This document shows, piece by piece, positions 12,675 to 23,662 of a stretch of 64,000 nucleotides of DNA. The stretch is from Tubulanus polymorphus (lineage: Eukaryota; Animalia; Nemertea): the NCBI RefSeq assembly GCF_964204645.1, contig NC_134029.1, forward strand, positions 8,892,850 to 8,956,849, written 5' to 3'. The stretch's first letter is position 1, and every line of letters starts with the position of its first letter. A program made the position numbers and the translations under genes. Below the pieces are notes generated by a model. It ran no database searches, was not told the DNA's origin, and saw only the letters and a list, made by a program, of their open reading frames with translations.

Positions 12675-15604
12675 AATGGCGACGAAAAACGACCAACGGG
12701 CAGCATGTTTGTTCGAATGATCTGCGATACTGTATTAGAAAGCAATTGACGGATCACTTTTACATATGATAAAATTTCCAATCGACTTGGCCAAAATACG
12801 ATGCGTTGCAAGAAAAGTAATCGTGCTCTGAACGAAAGAACATCGATCAGTTCAGTAATCTTATAACAAAGGGTTTGTGGCATACTGCGTTTTTCTTGGA
12901 ATTTCAACTGTAATTAGCGTTAACCGAAAAAACTCTAGGAGCTCACGCTGGGGACACTTTCCCCGAACCGCAAATAACTAAAATACCATAAAATTACCTC
13001 GCTAGCCGGGTGAAGTGAACGACTTCATTTTAATGTTAAACTGCATGACGTATTGGTTTTCGAGTAAGAAATTTTCTTTTTTTCATTCAGACGATTATAC
13101 TTTAAAAAAAATCAAACTGCGTCGAGATTTATTTTTGTAGTATTTATTCAGATGGTTCATTTTCCAAACAGGAAACAACACAAGAATACTCATTGACGAT
13201 GATGAAGGGGGGGGGGTGGTCGATGAATGATGAGCGTATGTATAATTGAATGGTATTTTACGTCTCTTATAAAGCGAATGTATAAAATTGGGAAAACTTT
13301 GTTACGGAGCGATACTACATGTTTCAACTACATTTATTCAACAAAAAATGATGTCAAATAATGATTCAAAGTTCTGGAGTATATAATGACTAATTCTACA
13401 TAATAACTAAGCAATTTTTGCATAATAATACCTTATGTTGCTATCGTATTATGTATATATCATGTTTGCCTCGCTATTTTTCCATTTTAACCAATGGCTC
13501 AGTCGTAAGTATATGGAGCGTATATATATGTATGTGACGTTTAATTCATATGTTAGACTTCTATTTTCGACGTACTCGAATCTATATATTTAATAAACAA
13601 ATTATTCGACAAAAGCATTTCATTTCGCGTAGAAAGTGGAATTTTCTTGCTCGGCGTGTGTGGACGGTATTCAAAGCGTGAAGTGGCCGGGATTTTGCGC
13701 TTAAGTGGTCTATAATTAGCGATGAATCGAACGCAATGACAGTCGCTTTCTCGACGATAAGCTCGACAAACAAAATTCATATTTGCCCGGTAAATAAGCG
13801 CACAAAACACGCTCAAATTAGCCCGTTTTATAGATTCAAACACTCCAATTTACTACGAATCACATATGGTCAACAGTGCTCTTTTGTCGGTTCGTGGTTG
13901 AGTCACAGTGATGAGAAAAACCTCGAAAATATGTGACCGGAATATAAGACATATTCGATGTTCCCGACATCGGTAGCACGTGTCCGCGTAATATGCAAAT
14001 TCCAGAAAACCTACAATTAGAAAGTAAATCTCTGCGAGTAACGACGTTTCGACTTGATATTATATTTCATTTCCGAAAACGGCTTTTGAAAATGACTCGT
14101 ATAATTGAGTCGAAATGTCACTACTAAAAAACCTCACGTCATATGCATTAAAAATAATTTTCCTATGGCACGCTGATAAAATTCTATATTCGATATCATA
14201 ATTTGAATTATATATCATGTTTTGCCAGCAGGGGTTTACGCAGGCGTTCTGGGATATGAGACAAAAATATTTCGGAATTAAGTCTGACATAATCATATTT
14301 CGGAACAGGATCGTCAACTTTTTCAATTTGATCGAATTTCATTCGAATTTCTTTTTCCGCGATAATACGCTAGAATCAATTCCTATTTATTTCTAATCGA
14401 CGGAAATTCCCACTACCTGCTGTCCTTCCTGGGGACATTTCCATTCGAAGTTAAACGTTCACTCAACGCATTCACTCCGAGATAATAACTCGCTATAGAA
14501 TATTTTACATCGAATAAAAAGATTTTCCGAATTTATTCTGGGACTGATATTGCCCATATATTTCAAGCGGTGTGAAATGGCTTTCATTGGCCGTGTGAAT
14601 ATTTCGTCTCAAGTATGTCGTCCGTCGAAATAGTTCCCACGAAGTGCTGTTATACATTACAACATATTAAGTACATGGAAATATTCTACCCGTCGCGTGC
14701 GTGTGGATGGCCATAAAAAGCCACGAGCTAATTAATCTTATATGCCCGACTCACGGGGAACATTAGACCGTTTTCATGTACGTTTTGTTATCAAAATAAA
14801 AGGCAACTCGCACATTTTATAGACCGCCATCGCTTTGCCAGGGTTTGATTGCCTCCCGCCGAAGCTCACGCCAAAACAAACCCTGATAGCAAACCTTTCA
14901 TTGGAAGGTCTGTAGCTCAAGATTTCTCGGGCAGATGTTGCCGCTAAGCGGCCACAATGTATTAAGCCAATCTGATTCATTGTTTTTCACTTGGCAAGAC
15001 ATTTAGACAGGCTCAGCGGCAATCGTCCACCCAAGAAATCTTTGGCAATGTAGCAGACCAATAATGAGTTTGTGGGTTTTGTGTTGGCTGGAGGCAATCA
15101 CACCCTGAGAAGCTAGGATGATTATAGACGTATAAGTCCTTACATGTACATATGGAAGGACTTATACGTATACGTACATATATGGATTATCTTCCTCGTG
15201 ATTTTGGTTTAAGTTATATTCGCTACAGAGATTATAGGGTTAGTTTTATTTTTCAAAACTTAAACAGATTTAATTTGAACCCGCCTCTGGCAACGTATTT
15301 TCATATCGTAATTGGTCATCGCACAACGGCCATTAAAGTATGCATCAACGAACATCGCTAGCTGAACGCCAATCGCTATATCAAACATTATAAACGATTA
15401 GGTCTATTGATAATTGATGCAGAAGGATTTTACTGTACAAAAGTATTTGATAATGTACAATCAGCAATTTCTGCTCAGCTAGTGGTGTTCTAATATTCAT
15501 CATCAATACAGATCCATATGCTGAAACAGAGAAAGTACTTGAGAGTAACAGAGATACAATTACGATGCTTAATATAACATGTTATCTAAACCGCCACTTG
15601 TCAC

Positions 15605-16948
15605 CTAATTACTGGGTCCGCACAGCTTTACGAACTCTTTGTCCGTAAGGGGGCGCCAGTTTTCACCAAAAATCTTCGATACCTCCTCTTGCATGCGTTC
15701 GTACGATCGCGAATTCGTTTTCAACCAGTTGTAAAATTCCGGCGACCAGTTCGGCTCTCTCGGCCAGTCCATGCGTTTGATGACGGCGTTCAAACGCACG
15801 TAGAACGTCTGCAGTTGCCGGCATTCCCTGGCGATGAGCAGCACCGTGGCCGTCGAGACGCGATCTCTTACGACGAGCGTTTGCAATTTCGAACAGCTTC
15901 TGACGAGTAACAGTAACGACGAGTCGGCTCGTTCGTTAAACGAGCGGCCGTTATGAGTTCTGGGCAGACATTTATGGCCGTAGAACTGCAGAGTGTCGCC
16001 GTACAAATCAGCGGTGGTTATTACCGACGACGCAGAAATAAGAGTATACGGGGTTTCATAGACGACGGCGTTGACCGGGGCTCCGATTTGGTGCAATATG
16101 TCTTCGCGTGACTGTCCGATTACCTGTAGTTTGACTCGCATACGGGAGCAGATCTTTCGAGCTTCGTACCAAGCCTCTGGACTGACGGGAATAAGGGTTT
16201 TCGGGGTGTATTGGTCCTGCGTGATGACTAACTCGGGCAGGCCGTTTTGAGATAGCATGATGATTATTTCATCGTTCAAATTGTGCGGGCTTATGGTCAA
16301 CGTTTGTAACACGTGAAACATGGGTACGTGAAATTGAGGACAGTTATCCTGCGAAGAATTTAGCATTTCCAACGTGACCACAGTATCGGCGCAATTCCTC
16401 GTCAAGTCTGCTAATAACACCTGCGCATCGGCGTTGCCTAACAACAACTGGTTCAGTTTGAGGTACTTAATGCCGCGTAGGTTCGCGAGAAACTTCCTAA
16501 ACTCGGCGAAAATCTGACCACCGGTTCCGTAGACGAACGTGCCCGATTGGCCGCGACTTTCGCACGAGAACGTGAAGTGAAACGCGTCCAGCAAAGGCAT
16601 CGGGTATTCGTCGAAAAACTCCTGAAACGCGACTAGAACGTGTAGTATTTCGTACAGATTGTAAAAATCTGAAATCGGTGTGAAAACGATACTGCTGAAC
16701 AAATGTCCAACTCTTCCGAGACATCGTTGTATTCGTTTGTGTTCGAGCTCTCGTGAATAGCCCTTGTACATGGTAAACTTGCGTCGGGTAAAAGACCGAT
16801 CGGTGATGATCATAGTGCGCCAGACACTTCGCGAGAACACGCTCTCCTGCCACGATTTGCATACCAGTGAACAACTGTATCTATCTTTCATCGGCAACAG
16901 AGAAAAAATCTCTTCGAGCAATAGCGATGGCAGGTACTCCCAATCCAT
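15605..16948 (-). CDS. F-box protein with degenerate LRRs (FBXO39/FBXO33/FBXL-like), 447 aa
   Basis: N-terminal F-box WEYLPSLLLEEIFSLLPMKDRYSCSLVCKSW; LRR-like units (CSKLQTLVV, CRQLQTFYV). A ttgtag acceptor just upstream of the ATG suggests an upstream exon. Confidence 0.93.
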   Translation of the reverse strand: MDWEYLPSLLLEEIFSLLPMKDRYSCSLVCKSWQESVFSRSVWRTMIITDRSFTRRKFTMYKGYSRELEHKRIQRCLGRVGHLFSSIVFTPISDFYNLYEILHVLVAFQEFFDEYPMPLLDAFHFTFSCESRGQSGTFVYGTGGQIFAEFRKFLANLRGIKYLKLNQLLLGNADAQVLLADLTRNCADTVVTLEMLNSSQDNCPQFHVPMFHVLQTLTISPHNLNDEIIIMLSQNGLPELVITQDQYTPKTLIPVSPEAWYEARKICSRMRVKLQVIGQSREDILHQIGAPVNAVVYETPYTLISASSVITTADLYGDTLQFYGHKCLPRTHNGRSFNERADSSLLLLVRSCSKLQTLVVRDRVSTATVLLIARECRQLQTFYVRLNAVIKRMDWPREPNWSPEFYNWLKTNSRSYERMQEEVSKIFGENWRPLTDKEFVKLCGPSN

Positions 16949-17886
16949 TCCTCTTCAATTGCCTACAAGAAGATTATAGTGACAATGCCGAATCGATGTT
17001 TCATATTTTTCCGATATATGCTGATGCCATTATTGAATGTAAACGTTCGGGTTATTCTATACAACGGAACATCAATATCGCATGCATCTTGTAGGGCCGG
17101 TCCTTACAAAGTCGACCTTGTATAGCCGTCTGAATGTCTTCCACCGAAAGATTAAATTGTTTCGACTTACTTCTCAAAGTTACGTATACATCACTAGGTT
17201 CTGGTGGTAAAACCTCCCATTCTGTTGCTGTACGTAGAACATACGCACTTCTTATTGCATATACTTTTCATAGTAACCCATCGCGTTCTGAGGTACTGCA
17301 TACGGCCCCTATTTATAGTTCCCTGTTTAATCTTGCAGTCTACAGTTGCTGGGAATAGATATCAGTGTAACTGCTTTATTCCGCCAGAGAGCACATAGAG
17401 ACGACAGTGAAAGGCAAAATGGTTCGACGCGGAAGTTTCATATAGAACTGTTGTTTCTACGATTCGTCCGTATGAAGGACAAAAAGATACAACCGGCCAA
17501 AATAGCTTAAACTTTTTCATGAAACTGGACCCTGGGGCCATTCGCATATGGTTTAGATTTATGACCCAGTCTTTGACCAACTTTATTTCTGTAGCCAATC
17601 CTACAACTTGAGACCAATCTAAAGATTAAATACCACTTTTTGGCTGTGCAACTAAAAAAATTGGCAATTTGTGGCAACAATGCAGGTTTGATCTTCACTT
17701 TTTTCATTCACAGGTTAATTTTGACAAACTTTTGAGCAACTATAGCTAGGTTCGTTAGTAGTTTTGTCACGCTGCGTTTCTAAAAAAAATTAAGTGATAA
17801 GATTGAAGGAACATTTTCTCCTGTAAAAGTTCTCATACTTTTTCTTAAGTAAATCAATGATCAATGATATCAATATCAAACACCAG

Positions 17887-18675
17887 GGTCCTTATTCACT
17901 AACGTTACGCAAGTTTGCGTTGCGGCACCATTTGCGACGAAAATCAGTTTGCGTTGCGTGGTATTCACTAAACTCCTCGCAAAAAGTGATTCGCAATTTA
18001 ACAAGCAAAGGGAACCAGTCTAATTGTAGAACCTCATTGCAGATTGATATATTGCGTCAATATCTTCTTTTACCGCCTCCATAGCTTCTTGCGGTGACCT
18101 CATTGAAAACAATTTTTTTTATTTGATTTGATTTAACACCAAAGGAACAATCATCATATCTGAATTAACATAACATTTCAAATATTCATCATCCATAATG
18201 GGGAATGGACGTACCTTTCTTGATCGATTTTATGATTTTGGTATTTGAGAATACATAAATATTTAATTCATTCTTAAAGGTCTTTTCTTGATAAGATAAT
18301 TTTGTATAAGTGATATAACGATGAGGTTTGCCCACACCATAGGGCAAATATATTGGTGAATAGAGTCTTAACTAACAATCAATCCCATGTTGGGCCCTGG
18401 AAAAAGTTAGTTGGGTACCGGTCTATAAAACCGTACCTTGAAAAATATCAATCATTTACGTAATCTGACTTTGAAATGCCACGAAAGTATCGTTTAAGTG
18501 GAAAATGAGAGTTAAGGGGTGCCCCTTAGTTCAAGCAGATTTGTGGGAAAAATTGATGAATTTGCGAGGAAAATATTTGCGTGGATTTTAGTGAATACGG
18601 AGATATTCGCAAATTTGGAGTTACAGGAGGATTTGCGATGAGAAATGGGTTGCGTGGCGTTTGTGAATAAGGTCC
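17887..18675. mobile_element. Non-autonomous PIF/Harbinger-type DNA transposon, ~790 bp
   Basis: TIRs ggtccttattcactaacgttacgcaa / ttgcgtggcgtttgtgaataaggtcc; 3-bp CAG duplication at 17884-86 and 18676-78. Confidence 0.8.
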
Positions 18676-19396
18676 CAGCTTGGAGTAATCATTTGTCAAA
18701 AGATTACTCTTAGGTCCCAGGTACGTAAGAAGAAGGTCAAGTCCATATGGATTTTTGGTGGCTCAAGTTCAAACCTGATTGAAATATCACGCCTTTCGAC
18801 TGCGTAAAATGAGGGAAATAGTCGATCGGACGGTGTCGCAATTGTATTTGCGTGACGAGGGACTGAGGACCGTACGCTGGCGCCATCTATCCCTAAGACT
18901 TAACGTGGTCATCGTGGATGTTCCGTAGCCGAATTTGTCCGATCATCGCATATAGGCCTATCTGCCTTTGCCCCAGTCCCTGGTTACGTAAATGGCTGTT
19001 TTATACCTAGAAATGCTTTCTGGTGGTTAGCGGGCGGTACCTCATTCCAGATGCTCAAGTCTTAGCCAATTTATTTTTTTTCTTATTTTTAAAAGAAATT
19101 ATGTATGACTAATTATGTAAGTTTTCCATACTATGATCGTCATTCGAAACAAAAACAACCCAAATTTATCAAATTTGAGCTGCTGAAGCTTAAAGTGGTT
19201 AAGTTTGAATCATTGGTCTCATTGAAAACACGAAGTTACCTACAGCAGATTTAAAACCAAAAATCGTAGTTAAACCTTCTTGTAGACTTATCAATCACCA
19301 TAAAAGCGCTATCCTCGAATGCCACAGTAGCGTTTGGTCGTTTGGTAATGTCACTAAGGGAAACAACAATCCTGATCGTTCACGTGGAGAAACGGG

Positions 19397-19600
19397 ATGA
19401 AATACGATATGGCATTATTCATGAAGTTTGCTGACGCAGTTTATGATTTAAATAATTATACTGTAAGTGATGGGCATACGAACAAAACCGTTGAATTTGT
19501 GACACCTGCAGTTGGCATCGCAATTGCTGTTTTCATCATCTCGATCACGGTTTTCTGTTTTGTCGTTGCAATTTGCATATGCATCAACATGGCCGATTAG
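19397..19600 (+). CDS. Candidate 67-aa single-pass membrane microprotein (upstream ORF)
   Basis: ATG ORF with two N-glycosylation sequons (NYT, NKT) before a long hydrophobic helix with C-terminal Cys residues; stops 40 nt before the next ATG. Confidence 0.55.
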   Translation: MKYDMALFMKFADAVYDLNNYTVSDGHTNKTVEFVTPAVGIAIAVFIISITVFCFVVAICICINMAD

Positions 19601-19640
19601 AAAGCATATGACAACCCTTAAATTCTGACTCAATTTATAA

Positions 19641-20357
19641 ATGATGAAGGTAATATGGAACAGTTGCTGGGCTGAAGGGCTTATATTTAGTCTGGTAGCG
19701 ATCGCCTGGTTTGTATCTGGAACCACGGACATGAATAGCAGGGAACTGCAAATGGTATCCGATCATTTGTCGCCAAAAGAATGTCGAAAATTGGCAGAAG
19801 CACTGCGCGTTAAATCATGGAGAATAACGAAAAATCTAACCGGGCACTCCATTCATGATGTCCCGTGCTTCGATTTGCTCAAACAATGGGACGAAGGAAT
19901 TGCGAAAAACGAAACATTCCACGTACTCGCGCAGCGATTACAACAATTAGGTCACACTGAACTCGCGTCAAAACTCTCCAAAACGGTTTATCACGAAAAA
20001 GCTTCGACTCTTAAGCGATTATTTAAGAAATTGGAGAACGATGTCCGCGAAGACTCCAATGGGAGTCCTCTTATGGGCGCAGCTCGACCGGATATTAAGG
20101 AAACGCCGTCAGATGACGTCAGAGATGAAGCCGACGAGTTCAAGCCAGGTTGGTCGGCGTTAGAGGTCGCTAGTATCGCTCTCTCGTCGGTGTCAATTAC
20201 GCTGCTTTCGTGTTTAGTTTTATGCGTATGTTGTCAAAGAGACGGACCGAACTGCGGCCGCCGGATTCCTGGATACGAACGTTTACGTCGTAGTTTTTAT
20301 CAACAGATTATCGGTAAACCGGAACCGCCAGACGAAAACCTGTTTCTGCTATTGTAG
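19641..20357 (+). CDS. TMDD1: Transmembrane and death domain protein 1-like, 238 aa
   Basis: Signal peptide; HLSPKECRKL...CFDLLKQW...LAQRLQQLGHTELASKLSKTVYHEK follows the TMDD1 pattern as I recall it (LTPEEC...C..L..W...[24 protein letters not shown]); C-terminal TM helix followed by a Cys cluster. Confidence 0.8.
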   Translation: MMKVIWNSCWAEGLIFSLVAIAWFVSGTTDMNSRELQMVSDHLSPKECRKLAEALRVKSWRITKNLTGHSIHDVPCFDLLKQWDEGIAKNETFHVLAQRLQQLGHTELASKLSKTVYHEKASTLKRLFKKLENDVREDSNGSPLMGAARPDIKETPSDDVRDEADEFKPGWSALEVASIALSSVSITLLSCLVLCVCCQRDGPNCGRRIPGYERLRRSFYQQIIGKPEPPDENLFLLL

Positions 20358-21460
20358 GCACAACTGCGCACTTTCTACGTAAAGATATGCTGAGTACAGT
20401 AGTGTGCTTGTTCATTATTTGTAAAAAGAGTATGGTCAGTTTGTCCAGTGGGTCGAGGGTCCATGGAGTAGGGAAATTCCGTTTTAAGCTCTGAACTTTG
20501 AAACTGTGGTTACAGAAGTATTGGAAGAACAATTTACATTACATCTATTTAGTCTAATCGTATTTAAAGCAATCTTCGCTGTCTCTATTGCATAACAAAT
20601 TGAACCTGGCTTTTCACGGTTATACAGACTAATCATTTCATGACCGATGGGGTTCATTCGTGACCTCTACACGCAGTTGATACTAAAATCCAAACAAACG
20701 ACTAAATGAAACACTTAATCGACAACCAGCGTCGATTTTTTGTTTATCAAGATTTATTTTTCATAATATATTTATAATGATTGGTAAAATCTTTTTACAC
20801 GTCTTTTCATAGGTCATCATATAAAACGTATGCATGTACGTTACACGGGATTCCGTGTCTCATTTTCTATTGTTAATCATATTGAATTATACACGTAATA
20901 AACTATACATTTCGAATAGCTCGATTTTTGTCTAAACTCTTCACCCGATCAAACAATAACAGACTATAATATTCCCGTAAGGTATATTTCCTAGATTATC
21001 AGTCTATGTACACCCGTTCGACTTATCACTGGTTACGAAGACGAATTTGTCAAGGCACTGGTTCCAGAGACGGTTACTACTCAATGTGATTGTGCTAATA
21101 AAGTACTCGGGACTCGTTGACAGAAAATTGACTATGGAGGCAAACTCACAACTGCGGAATTGAATCCCGAAGCCGGTGCCACAGTCGTAAAGTCGACTTA
21201 AGAATTGAAATGTTTTCATTTCAAATCTCTCTTGCCCAGAGTCGAAATTTCACCGAACAAACCTAGAGAAAATGAGTCCGGTAGTTTTATATTACAATCA
21301 CTTGATAGCGCATTCAGATTAGAAACATATTTCATTTTCGATCTCTCCTTAACAAACCGCCGGCATAAAAAAAAAGAAGAAATCACATGTCATATTAATT
21401 TTCTCGTTCATTTAAGGCAACACAAAACAACGGATAAAGTAATACAAAACCAACCAACTA

Positions 21461-21719
21461 GACGGGCACCAAGAACTAACTTTTTTGGCACTTCCGTTCA
21501 ATACAGATACCGTATGGACAAAATGTGAAAGTTTTGAACCTTGGCTTCACGAAATCGATATTCGTTTCCATGGAAATTGTTCCACCAGGTTCCACGAAAG
21601 CGGATATCGATTCCCTGAAGCCAAGATACAAAGCTTTCGAATGGTACCACTTGGTTATATGGTATCTCTGTTGAACGGAAGTTAATTTCTAGACTACTTT
21701 TTGTACTTTGGTGCCCGTC
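21461..21719. mobile_element. MITE with TA target duplication (Tc1/mariner-type)
   Basis: TA|gacgggcaccaa ... ttggtgcccgtc|TA. Confidence 0.75.
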
Positions 21720-23347
21720 TATATCACAGAGATGGTCTCACTGTTTGATTGATTTGAATACGACCATAAAGTATTTCCCGGATCAAAAAACGAATCGTCA
21801 TATGCCTTAAAACTGAAGGTATAGGAATTACCAACCTTCAATTAAGTACTAAGAATGCGTACAATTATAGAACACCGGTAAACAAGAGCAGTCCTCAGTT
21901 GTGTCAGAGAAAGAATTTTAACCCACACTGTCGAACTGGTTATTCAGATAACATAACGGACATTACAGGCATTTTGAAGATACCTCGAAGTTTTTCTACG
22001 GGTTGGATATCACCCATCTACTCCGACCGAGCAGTCGAATGGTTCAGTATAGTATGATTGAAATTTGATTCCACAAATCAAGTTTACTTTTCAATCATGG
22101 AAGATACAGATGTGAAGATAAAAAGGGCGACTGATATAGGCAAAGTATGGCGGATTTCTTTCTGCGTTAGATATAACACGGACCAAGCCATATTAGGAGT
22201 TTCGAGAGTTCGTTTCAGACATTTCATGGACTGGGGACTGGGCCAAAATATCTTTCTTTCCAGATTCTAACAATTATAGTGCATGTGAAACAGGTTACAG
22301 TCGATGCCATATTCAAATGATACATAAGAAGTCTTTGAGTCTGCAGTCAGATTAGATTGAAAATGATTCCCTTCATCGGAGCTGTTCCCTACATTAACTA
22401 AAGCATTCAAATTCAAAAAACTCTACTACGATTTGGAAGGCAGATTCTGTCACATGCGAGGCACAATCACCGTAATTGTATCAAATTTAGATGCTATTTT
22501 TGATAGAATAGATTTCAACTTTGCCGATTCAGCAACATCATTTTGATGATCCTGGGTTTGGGATCATTTAGGCCAGCCATTACAGGTTATTCATATCGCC
22601 GATGACCTATAGCCGTGGCTGCTTCAGATGTCATAGAGAAACCACTTAAGTTATAACCTAATAATAATGAAAGACAGTCAATCAACAAAACAAGACACGT
22701 TGTTTCAATGCTAATGATAATTCCAAAGAACGATACAGATTAGGATTAGCATTAGGATCATGTTAGGGTCCCAGTTGCACAGTCGTGACCTAAGTCAAAA
22801 AGTCTCGACTCTGTGCAACTGGCCCCGGTATTGGTATGCTAGTCCCCCGACCTACGAGGGCCTACGTCCAATGCATTATGACCGCTAATGTTATGCACGA
22901 TGGGCCTAAACACACCGTTTTAATTGTTTACAGCAAAACATTTCCAACTGACTACTTATATATACATCGGCCGAATCTACCTCGGGCAAGATTCTGGCAA
23001 CGAGATTTTTTTTCGAAATTTATTAGAAAAACTAAAATCACCACAGCATCATGTGTTACAGAACCAAAAATAGATAATCATATACACTCGATCGACTAGC
23101 ACAGGGTTGGAAGAAGATGAATGCAACATTTTCAAATTTTCGAAAAAATATCGATAAAAATAAAAACGATAAAATCATCGAAAATGACAACACAATATTG
23201 ATATGAAGAAAATCCTGTATCAGTCGTATGGTGCATACGTTTACATCTAACATTTACAAATCAAATCACTGTCGCAGAAAAAAAAAACTATACCGCAAAC
23301 ACCACCAAAGCCCGGAAATAAATCATACATAAGTACCGCTTAAATGA

Positions 23348-23662
23348 TCATAATATCTTCAGGTAGAGAACCCAATAGAACAGATTGAATAGAAAAAATG
23401 CTAACGGGAACATGAGTCTGGCTAGTTTGTCTATTTTGCTGACGCTGTTGACACCTTTTTTACTATTGCGCATTTTCATGTCCCTGTATTTTGCACTGCC
23501 GGTCAGACAGTTGAAAAACCGGGTAAAACAGTTCTCGTTGAAGTTGTAGTCGGTCGTATCGTAGGCAATGGCTACAGGTGCGTCGCCGTTCAGCTTCTGT
23601 CCGTTTCCACTAGTCTCGCCGTCTCGCGTGTGGTATTGATTGTAGTAACTAATTGGCTCGTC
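23348..23662 (-). CDS. Grd: Grd-like last exon (M4)
   Basis: ttgcag acceptor; [26 protein letters not shown]; TGA. Confidence 0.92.
   Translation of the reverse strand, partial: DEPISYYNQYHTRDGETSGNGQKLNGDAPVAIAYDTTDYNFNENCFTRFFNCLTGSAKYRDMKMRNSKKGVNSVSKIDKLARLMFPLAFFLFNLFYWVLYLKIL

Noticed and set aside
11702-12907. Overlapping and antisense ORFs over the 305-aa gene (likewise over the F-box and GPCR genes)
   Set aside because: Shadow ORFs expected in GC-richer coding DNA.
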